From positions 32,556 to 96,555 of the forward strand of contig JAUCBJ010000519.1 in assembly GCA_032718475.1 (NCBI GenBank): a stretch of 64,000 nucleotides of DNA. The letters are read 5' to 3'. Both the position numbers and the translations under genes were made by a program. Positions 40,301-52,900 of this stretch are shown piece after piece. The notes under the pieces were generated by a model. It was not told the origin of the DNA, did no database searches, and worked only from the letters and a program-made list of their open reading frames with translations. Position 1 is the stretch's first letter. The number at the start of each line of letters is the position of its first letter. Source of the DNA: Nemertoderma westbladi (Eukaryota > Animalia > Xenacoelomorpha).

Positions 40301-43300
40301 GTGTACGGGTACACCGTAGACAGGCTTTTAGATGAGCTAGAATGTTAAGGTCTATGTACCCATTTTACCCATTTTGGTCGCCATTTTTTTATTTTGTTCT
40401 TTTTTAGGACCATAAAATAGGGTTGGATTAATTGATTTTATACTTATACTATGTTAATTTTCTATATTACTTAAACTCCCTGTTGTGTTATATTAATTAT
40501 CTACTTTGCTACTTCGGGCTGCCCCGTGTTTCACACACCAGGAGCTCCTTAAGGAGTATGATCGGACGCTCCGTGGAGCGCTCCAGGAGATCACCAACTG
40601 TGACATGGGGGGTAAATCGTGGGACCAGGCCTGTCTCCCAGTTCGGATGGGTGGCCTGGGGATCAGTTCAGCATGCGTGCTCGCTCCTTCCGCTTTCATT
40701 GCCTCAGCGGCTGCATGCTCCGATCTCTCAGGCCGCCTATTTAGAACGGACGGGAGCCACCCCGATCCTGCAATTGCCCTCGCTACCAACGCGCGGGACG
40801 CACAACTTCCAACTTTTACAGACACTCACGTTCCCACTGCCACCGCACCTACACCATCACTCACTTCTCCCACTGACACCACATCCACAGTTACTTCCCA
40901 CACTGGCACCACACCACCTGCCACTTCCTCCACTGACGCCATACAACGTGTCCTGATACAGCCGGTCCACGAGGCGTCCCTTGCTTCCATCCGCGAGGGG
41001 GCACTGCCACTCGATACTGCGCGCCTAAATTGTATCGAGAACGATGTGTCGGGTTGCTGGCTTGAGGCCATTCCGGTCAGCTCGCTGGGCCTGAAACTTA
41101 CAGGCGCGCAGTTGCAAGTAGCAGTCGCAATACGCCTTGGTAGCCCGGTCACCGAGCCTCACAAATGCGCCCGCTGTGACGACCCAGTCGCACCCAACGG
41201 TCTCCATGGCCTCTCCTGTAAGATGAGCGCTGGGCGACACGCACGCCACGCCATGGTCAATGACCTGGTTAAGCGTGCGTTGACCAGCTGCAGGATCCCA
41301 GCTATGCTGGAACCTCCAGGCCTCTGCAGGAGTGGTGGGAAGCGAGTCGACGGAGTAACCATGGTTCCATGGAAACATGGTAAATCCGTCACTTGGGATG
41401 CGACTGTGGTAGATCCCCTTTGTCCCAGCCACATACACCTAGCCCTGACTGCTGGGGGTCGCGTTGCGGAGGTGGCTGAGGAGAAGAAAACAGCCAAATA
41501 CCGGGAGCTAGTCGACCGGGGCTACATCTTCTCCCCGGTTGCCTTTGAGACCTACGGCTGTCCGGGTTCTTCCACTCGCAGTTTCCTGAAGGAGATCGGC
41601 GACCGTATACGTAGTGTCACCAACGAGCCGCGGTCGCACCGATTCCTCCTACAGAGGCTCCTCATTGCCATTCAGATCGGCAATGCCGCTTCGATCTTAG
41701 GATCGATTAGGTCCACGGGCGAGGGTCTGTTGGATCTCGTCTCCTAGGCTCCTCCACTTGCGTTCCCCGCTCCCTCTATCCCATCTCCCCTCCCCCTTAT
41801 AACTCTTATTCCCCCGCCCCCTTTGTAATTTGTCTCTATTCTGAGATGCTTTTTATAATTTGTGCTTCATTATTGTAGTATTTCTATTTGTTTGTAATAT
41901 TTCTTTAATAGTTTTAGTTTTAAATCGAATAATAATTTGTACCTTTGCTAATTAACTATATATATTTTTCATGGCTTTGGCCTACCATACCATAGGGGGG
42001 CTTGTACTAATCATAATTCATCCCTTTCCTGGGGAAAATAGACGTAAAACAGCTGATTACTCTAAATAGGCCTAACCAGGAGTTCGTATATTAAGCAACT
42101 AGCATTATTGATGCTATAAGTTGATCGTAAACATAAAACAAACAATTAAATTCAGCTCCAGTGCCAAAAAAATGAAAATAAAAAATAAAACTGTTTTATT
42201 GAACAGGGGGGAGGGGGGGGGGGGGGGGGTCGAGCTTGCGTGACATTTTGTGGTACTTATGAAGCTCGTGGCCATTTTGAAGATTCCCCAATTTTTTTAC
42301 AATAGCTATTTTTTCTAGTGTTTAATAATTTAATTATAAAAATAATATAAATAAATAATTTATTTATTGTATAATGGAAGGAACAATTAAGATAAATAAT
42401 TTAAATTTAAATAAAAATTACTAGCTAGTAAAATTATTTCCAAGCTACCTTAAAAAACACCACATTATTGATAAAATATTTTTTTATCTGCCCCCCCCCC
42501 CCCCCCCCCCCCCAACCCTGCCCTACTCGCACCAACCCCTTCGGTAATGTTCCCCTGTATGGATTTCTCGACTTTCTTCTCTCTCTCGCTCAGCTCGTCG
42601 TACTTCTTTTTGACCCGTATTTGGTCGACCTCGGCCGCGTTTACTATCTTTACGTAATGATCCGTCGATATGAACCCGGGTAGATGGATGTCGCCGTATT
42701 TCTGTCCCAGTAGAACCTGCAACAAATAATAACAACCAAGGGGCGAGGGTCGACCAGTACAGTTCGTCTCTGGCAGTCAGTCGCCTTGACGCATTGATCG
42801 GAGTCGCGGTTCAAATCCGATTAAAGGCTGTCCATGAAAAGTATTCCAGACTATCTGCTGTATGATTTCACTTTGCAGTTTATACCCTCATGCGAAGGGC
42901 TGAATCTAACCAAAACAATAAACTAATTACATCTCTACAGGTTATAAGATAAACACTATAAAACACTTTATAAGGAGAAATAAAAAAAAATACAATTTAT
43001 TTTATATATAAAAATAATTAAATTACTATATTTCGTCTCGGATATTTCGTCCAGGACTTCCTACTTGTGACTAACACTAACCAGATACAAGGAAGTCCCA
43101 GATAGCGCCATACAGCGGGTTATAGAGGAACTCCCGAGCTGAGAGTAACCCGGGTAACCGACGGTATCGGCCTGGGAATTCTTCAGGTCATAAACCTGCA
43201 GGTCGTAACCACGACAACGGAATGTTTCGATTAGATTTGGGAGGGTCTTTTCGTACAAAATCGTCCGCTCACATTGCATGTCTGTAAAGAAACAAATAAG

Positions 43301-46300
43301 AATTTATATCTATAAATTTTTAAAGATTAATTAATTGATTGTTTTATTACAGCCTATCTATGACATACTTATAGCCATTAACAAAAAATTTGACGCCCAG
43401 GCGGGATCGAACTCATTACCTACACGTTGGGCCATCCAAACAAACACTCTTTGCCTATCAGCTGTTAACAGAAAAATATTATCGAACTCAATAAAATAAC
43501 AGTAGGACAGACAACAAACAGTAGTGTTTGAATAAAAACAAAGGAACACAACTTACCACTGAGAGCCGAACAGACATAAAGACTGACAATGTTTGTGTCC
43601 CGATGGCAGACAATGTCAATCTGACCTCTCAGTACCAGCGATTCGACTTCCGATCTCGACTCCAAACAATGCCACGACGTCTGAGAAAAATAATTTAATT
43701 AAACTTATTGATAGAAAATATAGTATTAGTAATGAGTAGCCCGTACCTCCACGACCCTCTTGTCTATTCGGCCCTAGATATTCGGCCCTATGCCAAAAAA
43801 AACCAAAAAAAAAAGGATTAAAATAATGAAATAAAATTATACGGTGTTTTTCTTTTCAATGTTTCGAGCTGATTATTGTTGGAGATAGGGTGTTTAACCA
43901 ATGGTCTTCTGTTTCATGGACTGTAAAGTATAAAACCGTGATATTTTTTGTTCTGCCAGTATTATTAGTTAGAGCTTGCTACAGTAGTTATGGTGTATTG
44001 CCAAGTCAATAGGAAGTCTAAACGATGATTGGTGTCTAAATTAATTCCTTCCCCAAATAAAAAACAAAACGTAAGGTATTTCACTTAATGTTGGCTAACA
44101 GCTATAATATAATATCATTAAAAACAAATTTTTATTTATTTTTTGTTTTATTATTTCGGAACGGTTGTGTGGCCCGTCCAGCCTATAATTAATTATTAAT
44201 GTTATATCATATTTATATAATAGAAAAACCTAATATTATACCGGTATATAACACAAAAATGGGAAAACACTATAGGTAAACTAAGTAAAGTAAAGTAAAC
44301 TAAGTAAAGTAAAGTAAACTAAGTAAAGTAAAGTAAAGTAAACTAAGTCTCTTGTTTTTGGATGGTGTACTATTGAGACAGACAAGTGAACTTATAGATT
44401 GTCCCAGTAGTACAAATTGGAGATGGTTGTGGAAAAAAGGGCCCATTCTGATATAAGCCTGAAAAATTAGACGGTGAAATACTCAGCACGCGAGAAAAAC
44501 GCTACGCCCCACAACAGTACAGTTTCACACAGGACCCCCCCCCCCCCCCCCCCCCAATCGGCACGCGTACACACATACACCAACATACCCCCCCCCCCCC
44601 ACACATATAATAAAATATTATATTAAAATAAAAAGAAATGCTTTGTAAATTGAATTAATGGACCCAGTCTTATTTATTTAGCCACTAGCAGATTGGAGTG
44701 AAATTATAAATTTCTTTAGATTCCTATTGTACAAATGTTTAGAACCATGGAAATGTTTGACATTGTCAGGTAGTTCATTCCAGAGGGACATGCACTGATA
44801 GAGAGAAGATGATTTTGCAATGTTACTTCTATATAATGGCAAATGATAATCATTTTTTGATCTAGTGTTTCGACTGTGAATTTGTTTGTTCAAAATTAGT
44901 TTACAAGTAAGCGTGGTCGGTAAGCGAGAATAACCCATTCTATATTTATATAAAAATTGAATGGATTTAAAACGGAATAGGAATTTTAATTTTAAAATGT
45001 TCAACTTGAAAAATAGATCGGCAGTATGATATTTGTATGGTTTTAAAAGTATAATACGTACAATTTTTTTCTGCAATTTTATAAGTGGATTCAGAATACT
45101 GTCATAAGATACATCACTACAGTTTCCCCACAATTCAAGGCCGTAAGAAAGATAAGAAGATATTAATGTGTGGTACAGAGTAATTCGGACCGGTTCAGGG
45201 ACGAAATGTTTGATTTTGTTAATTATGCCAACGTTTTTTGGAACCTTTATAGTCTTACGTAGTCAATATGAGGTTTCCAAGAGAGTGAGTTGGAAATAAT
45301 TAGGCCTAAGAATTTTATATTATCAACTTCTTTTATTGCAGACTCTCCAATGTTTAGTACTAGATCAGCATGGCGCGATTTAATTGGCCGTGAAGTAAAA
45401 ATAACAAATTTTGTTTTTGAGATATTGATTGATAATTTATTCAATGCGAGCCAATCAGATACTTTAGATAATTCATGGTTAAGAATGTCGAACATGTTAT
45501 TAATATTTTTCCCAGAGATAAAAATGTATCATCCGCAAAAAGTAGTAATTTAATTAAATTGGAGACATGAGATATATCATTGATGTAGATGAGAAATAAA
45601 AGGGGCCCAAGGATAGATCCTTGAGGCACCCCCAATAACATTAAAGATACTTCCGATAATGTACCATGGAAGTCTACGTATTGTTGTCGACAAGATAAGT
45701 AACTTTTGAACCACGTAAGTGGGATTCCACGAACTCCAAATTGTTCGAGTTTAGTAATCAGTATATCGTGGTCGACCGTATCGAAGGCTTTTGCGAGGTC
45801 TAGAACTCCTATAGTTGTATCTCTATTTTCAAATGCTTCTGTTAAATTGCTATGTAAGAGAATTAAGGCTGTTGTAGTTGATATTTTCTTTTGAAAACCA
45901 AATTGATTTTCATGAATTCCATCCGTTTCATTTAAAAAATCAAGAACTTGCAGAAACACTGCCTTTTCTAGAATTTTGGATAGAAAAGGCAAAATACTTA
46001 CAGGGCGGTAGTTGGAAAATTTAAAAGGTTCGTTAGCCTTAAAAATTGGGACCACTCTTGCTAATTTCCATTTGTCAGGGAAGATACCAAGGGATAGAGA
46101 TTGGTTAATTATATGTGTAATTGGTTCACTAATGAGAGTAAAACAATTACGGGCAACGCTTGGATCTATAAGATCTGAACTAACCGCTATAGATTTACTC
46201 AAACTTATTACAATTCCTTCTACCTCAGATTTATTTAGTGGTGAAAAAAATATTGACCTTTGCTGATGTGTACCTAAAGTATCTGTAAAGGATCCCGCCG

Positions 46301-46922
46301 GTTTTGGGATTGTCTCAGCAAGATTAGTTGCGACAGTACTAAAATAGTCATTAAATCCATTTGCAATTTTACTTTTGTTATCAGTTATGGAACCATCAAT
46401 AAAAAATTTTGTGGAAAGAGAGTTTGTTTTTTTATTTATTACTTCCTTGATTACTGACCATGTTTTGCTAATATTGAACTTATATTTATCGAAAAGCTTA
46501 GAGAAATATTGTTGTTTGGCGATTCGGATAGTCTTAGTTAGTATGTTTTTATAAACTATGTACTCGTGTTTCTTTTTATCAGTGCGATTTTTTAAATAAT
46601 TTGAATAAAGTTTATGCTTCATCCGAATGGACTGATACATATTTTCAGAAATCCAGGGCTTTTCATTATTAATTATCTTAATCTTTTTCAATGGGAAGCT
46701 GTCATTATATAAACTCTGGTAAATTCCCATAAATGTAACCAATGATTCATTTGGATCATTTTTTGAAGTTACTTGATCCCAGCATTGGGTTTTCTGCAAT
46801 TTATCCCAAAAAACTGCTTTATTTTTGTTTGACTTATCACGGCTTGTGGGGCGAGCCACGAAGTTGGCGGAGCCTTAGCGAATTGACACTGTTAGGGGGT
46901 GGGTCAATTTATGCAAATAGTT

Positions 46923-46973
<51 letters not shown>

Positions 46974-49900
46974 GTCGTCGTCGTTACGATTTTGACATGC
47001 TAATAACTTTGTCGGATTTAAAGCTGCCAAGTTGAAAATTTGTAGGTATCAATATGAGCAAAAGTTGAGATTTTTGAGAGACTTTCAGACACCATCAGTG
47101 CAATGGTCTCCCGCTAGAGGGCCACATGTCGAAACATTAAATGCCCTCCCATTTCTTTGCTTTTAATCCGTTTAAGCTGAAACTTGGCAGATATGTATTA
47201 GACCATTAGCTGTGACTTTCAAAGGAGGCGAATCCATCTGCAGTTCTCCAGTCTGCCGCTAGAGGGCCAAAGGTCTGAAAGTGAAATCGTTGTCGTCGTT
47301 ACGATTTTGACATGCTAATAACTTTGTCGGATTTAAAGCTGCCAAGTTGAAAATTTGTAGGTATCAATATGAGCTAAAGTTGAGATTTTTGAGAGACTTT
47401 CAGACACCATCAGTGCAATGGTCTCCCGCTAGAGGGCCACATGTCTAAACATTAAATGCCCTCCCATTTCTTTGCTTTTAATCCGTTTAAGCTGAAACTT
47501 GGCAGATATGTATTAGACCATTAGCTGTGACTTTCAAAGGAGGCGAATCCATCTGCAGTTCTCCAGTCTGCCGCTAGAGGGCCAAAGGTCTGAAAGTGAA
47601 ATCGTTGTCGTCGTTACGATTTTGACATGCTAATAACTTTGTCGGATTTAAAGCTGCCAAGTTGAAAATTTGTAGGTATCAATATGAGCTAAAGTTGAGA
47701 TTTTTGAGAGACTTTCAGACACCATCAGTGCAATGGTCTCCCGCTAGAGGGCCACATGTCTAAACATTAAATGCCCTCCCATTTCTTTGCTTTTAATCCG
47801 TTTAAGCTGAAACTTGGCAGATATGTATTAGACCATTAGCTGTGACTTTCAAAGGAGGCGAATCCATCTGCAGTTCTCCAGTCTGCCGCTAGAGGGCCAA
47901 ATGTCTGAAAGTGAAATCGTTGTCGTCGTTATGATATTGACATGCTTATAACTTTGTCGAATTTAAAGCTGCCAAGTTGAAAATTTGTTTTGTTGAAAAT
48001 CAGTTCAACAGTCACCCGCTATAGGACTACTTTATGCCTGAAAGTGAATAGATTCTCCCGTCTCATTGATTTTAATCAGTTTAAGATGAATCTTGCCATA
48101 TATTCTGGACCACATGCTGCGTCTTTGTGGGGGGGGGGGGGGGGGGGGGGGGAGATTTAATCGGTCTGCCGCTATACGACGAAATTTCTGAAAGTGAGAT
48201 CCGTCTCTCATTTCGTTATCCGTTATTCAAGATGAAACTTGGCCGATGTACGTATGTACTATTCATCCATAGGCTGTGTCTTTGTGGGGCTGGAGACCCT
48301 AATCCATCTTCAGTTCTCACTATACCGCTAGAGTCAGAAATGTCTGAATAGAAATGAAAGAGGTAAAAAGTGATTAGGCGAAATCTGCTTAAAATTTGCT
48401 AATACAGTAATACTTTCGAATTAGTACTTAAATTAAATTTAAGTCACGTGCTGCGCGAAGGCCCCACTTCGTGTAATAAATGTGTGTTGAATAAAATTAC
48501 TTTTATTGAAATGCAATTTTGTATGAGCAAAAACTGGTAAGTGGTCCGATATATTTGCAACAATAATGCCAGCACTTTTAGTTAAGCTGAGATCATTTGT
48601 GAGTATATTATCAATGCACGTAGCTGTGGTATCAGTAACACGAGTAGGTTTATCGATCAGAGGAAAGAAAAAATTTTGTGTTAAAATATCTAGGAATTCT
48701 AGAATTTTGGGGTTGGTGTTAATTTTTATTAAGTCTAAATTAAAATCGCCAAGGAGATAGCATGTCTTGCCCTCTTTATTTATTTGACTAAATGAAAATT
48801 TAAGACGATCAAAGAATTCTGAAACGTCTGTTTTTGGGGGGTGGTAAATGCAACCGACAATAACATTTCTTTCTGCTTTACGTTTGTATTCAACAAATAC
48901 TGCCTCAAAGGCAGTTGTAGGATTCTTAACTTGCTCAAGGTCCTTCCGCCGAGAATAAGTAATATTTTCATTTATGACTAGACTGCATCCACCATAACCA
49001 TCATGTCCTGGAGATCTCAGGCTATTCTCTACTTCGTAATTTTTAACCGAAAAGTTATCTTTGTTAATTCTGGATAGCCACGTTTCTGTTAAACCAATAA
49101 TTCCAAAAGGGTTGTTAATTATGTTTAATAAATTTTCCAAAGAGTCAAAATTTTTTTCAACACTGCGAATATTTTCATGTAGAAGGATAAGGCTGTTATT
49201 TTTGTCATATTCAAAAGTAGATGCCAACTCTGAAAGATCAGCCCAGTATGAACACTGGATTTGGGATAATATTGAATTAAAAAAATTTTTATCTGGGTCA
49301 GAATCGGCATCATGTTCAAAATTGTTATCTGGAAATTTATCAGAGTTGTTAAGTAAACTCACTGCCTGTGAGGATAATACATCAATATTTAAGATAGCGG
49401 GTAATCTAAAATCATTTAGTGTTAATAAAAATTCACAATCACACACAATATTATTAAACGGAAAGATTTCAGAAACACATTCAGGACAAAACTAATCAGT
49501 ATTCTTTTTTATGGCAACAAATTCTTTATGGGACAATTTATTGACACAACGATAGTGAACAAAGCGTTTACATACACAACAACTCAGCACTGAAGTATTA
49601 CTAGGCCTAACATTCTTAGCACATACCGAGCACATTCCACCACTACCAAAATTAGGCATTTATTAGAAGGCAAACCGTATCCAAATACGGGCGTACAAGA
49701 GACAAACTATCAGAAATGTACTAGGTTTAGTTAGATACGCTGATGTTACAGGTGCGCAAACTGTGCACCTGTAACAACTATGAGAGAGCGGGACCCTACT
49801 AGATCAGGCTGCAGAGATACAACTAGACTACACTACTACGAATTGCTGCAGAGGTACTTATCGCTAGACTAGATTGACGATTGCTAACTACAGATATAGT

Positions 49901-52900
49901 TCACGTATGGGTAAAACAAGACAACTACCAAATATTTACTACACAGATGTACTTACTTAGCTAACACGCTACTGAAAGAGACAATAGACAGCAAACACGC
50001 AACACCTGTAAAAACAAGCACTAGAGTATAGACTACTGATAGAGGTATGCCAAAAACAGCTAAACATTGCCGACAAGTAAGAGCTGCATTCAATAAAATA
50101 TAAGAGGTCATTTTACTAAAAAAAAGTTTATTGAAAAACGTTTATTAAAGATTAATAGAGATTAATACAAAGAGATAAAATATATCTAATCGGTGAATCA
50201 TCTGTAAATCTCCAATGTTTCTCCCAAAATATCCATTTAGCAAAAATCAAATCCCGTTTATAAACTGTATGGCGGGGCTGATGGTGTGCTATGTAAAGGA
50301 GGACGCGGGAAGAGAGAGTGGGTGTGGGTGCCCATTGCAGCAGCGTAGTTCCCAGGATAGGATCCGGGAGCAACACCAGTAGGGGCGACATGGATAGGAG
50401 AGGGCGCGGTCAGACTCACTCTCGATTGTTGCAGGGCACTGGCCGAGTGAACTACCGGTCGCCGTATATTACGTTCACGAAAGTGCGCAGCCTTCTGCGC
50501 ACTATTCATTGGTTTAACCTTCTCAAGCGGGGTGTTGTCTACCATAGCAATGGGGGTACCGTTCATGCCGATAGCGAACAGATTTCCGTTGCGAGACCAA
50601 CCAATTCCTCTAGCCTTTATCTTTGAAAGTCGGGAGTAGCGTTCCTTGGTGAGAGACTCGCTAATAAACGTTGAGCTTCCTCGTAAACGAAAAGCATTGC
50701 TAATAACTTATGTGCGCGTATAATAACGAACAAACTTTACTATGACGGGGGACACCGAACCTTTAGCGACGGAGTGAGCCGAATCAATATCGTGTCCCGG
50801 TAAGGGTTTAGATAACCGGTGACAACGATCGATCTCAATTTCCGATATGTTCAAACCCAATACGTCACGGAAGAAATTAAGTACTACCAAAGTAGTATCA
50901 ATTTCATTTCGCTCGTTTCCCAGTCGTAGGCCATTAAATTAAGCAATTTCGACGTGAATACTGCTCTAAATTATCTTGCCTCGTGGCAAGAATTTTTAGA
51001 GAGTGTTTGATGTTAAGAATAGAGTCAGCGATCACTGACAGATCGTGCGAAAGTTTCTCTAGTTCGAAGTTGACCAATTCTTTAATGTTCTTTGATAAGT
51101 TGTGCCGATCCTTGCTCGAAAGCAAAGGTCGAACTGTAACATCCGGAGAGTGTGCTAGTGCTACCGGTATTGATTCTGTTGGAAACCCCAGAAACACCTC
51201 CGTATTGTTCGAATTCGATACACCTGACGATACACTTTCTAACTCTTTCGGATCATTCTCCATCGTATTCGTATCGGAATTGAGTACGGCAGAATCGGCA
51301 AGCAAGGAATTGGTGCTGGTGGATTCGGGAGGCAGAACATCTGCCTGGGCCTGGGCGTTCAATCCATTACCATCCAAATACTTCGAGATTTCGTTATCAA
51401 TCGTTTTATCGAGATTCGATTTGAGATGTTCCACTGAGGACTGGAAGGAAGAAATTCGATTGGTTTGTTCCGAAATGTGTTCTTCCAGGACAGCGAAAGA
51501 GTTAGCCGAAGGGGAACTGGTATCGGAATTTGACATATACGGGGAGTTATTAAAGGACGAAGGGTTCGGTAATTTCCCATTCCTTTTGTTTCGGTTTCTT
51601 CCCATTGTTATTCGCGAGATTTGGTCGTTTACGGGAGAAAGACAAGGGTTCTTGTCGCGACACGGAGAAAATTACATATACATATATAAAGTTGCTGTAG
51701 CTAGGCCTACTATTCTACCATAAGTCCAAACTCTACTGACATTCAGACATTGCTAGGCGTACCCGGTACCCAGCCACTAGGCAAGTCTAGGCAATTATTA
51801 AACCATTAAACCAAATTAAAATTAACTTTTAATTTACATTTAAACCATCAGCGTTCAATAACGCCAAACAACGAGTTACTTCGAAAGCTTCCTAACTAAA
51901 CTATAGTTAAATGATTGGTTTACATGTACAATCAAAGCTACGCGTTCCAGAACGCTAAATCGGTTTTTATGGATTATTGGTCCTAGAAATAGTATTAGTT
52001 CTTGAATTCTCTCTATTGGAACTCCATTTGGTCGCCCAATCGGTGCCGGCATCCCACTACACCGACCCAAGCCCAGATCCAACTACGACTCAACCGTCCC
52101 AGTTCCGATTTCACAGTCCGTTGGAATAACGAATCCAAAAAACGTATCTTGATATCTTCAACGGAGTCAAACACGATATGTGCTTTTAGTGGGTTTGAAA
52201 AATTATTTTAATTTAAAACTTTAAGGGAAAGGAGCAGGTTACAGTAGCGGTGTTTTCTAACCTAAGCAATAAACGAGGTTTATTTCACTTTATTTCACTA
52301 TCTGCTCTGCTTCATCGTAATTGTACAAATTCATATCGCATTTCCCCTTAAAACTTACGATACGTTTAGTTGTTGTAAATAGTAAATAAATATCCGTACA
52401 AAAATCAATACAACTAAATAATAATTAGTGCCACGTAAAAAGAAAATATCTAAAAAGAATTTCCCGCCAGACAGAGTTACCTTTAGTGTAAATTATTCAA
52501 TGACAAAAGAGATTATTTCTTCTGATTGGTCAATTCCTTAAATAATTGTTTGGCTAAAAAGAAATGCACAAGGCAAAAAAACCCTCTGAGTAAACAAGGC
52601 TAAGCACCCTATATGGTCGAATGTCGAATTGAAATATGGAGTGTTTTCCCTCACAGCAGTTGATTTGAGATTCTGCCTTAGGGTGTTTTAAGACTGAAAC
52701 AACTGCAGCACGGTTGGTGGTATAAAATACAATTCTCACTCAGTAAACGTTGCAATTACAATCTTGTTAGTCAAAGTTATCAGAACACAACATATATGAA
52801 TGTATACGAATGAATATTAATTACCATGAACCAACCTTAGTAACAGATCCGGGGACCGGTGTCACTGATCTCTCAGCCAGCGGAGTCTCGACTCTTCCCA

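Noticed and set aside
43390-43465. tRNA-like sequence with a B box on the minus strand
   Set aside because: No convincing cloverleaf; probably a decayed SINE head.
50983-51723. 246-aa plus-strand ORF
   Set aside because: Antisense shadow of LINE ORF1.
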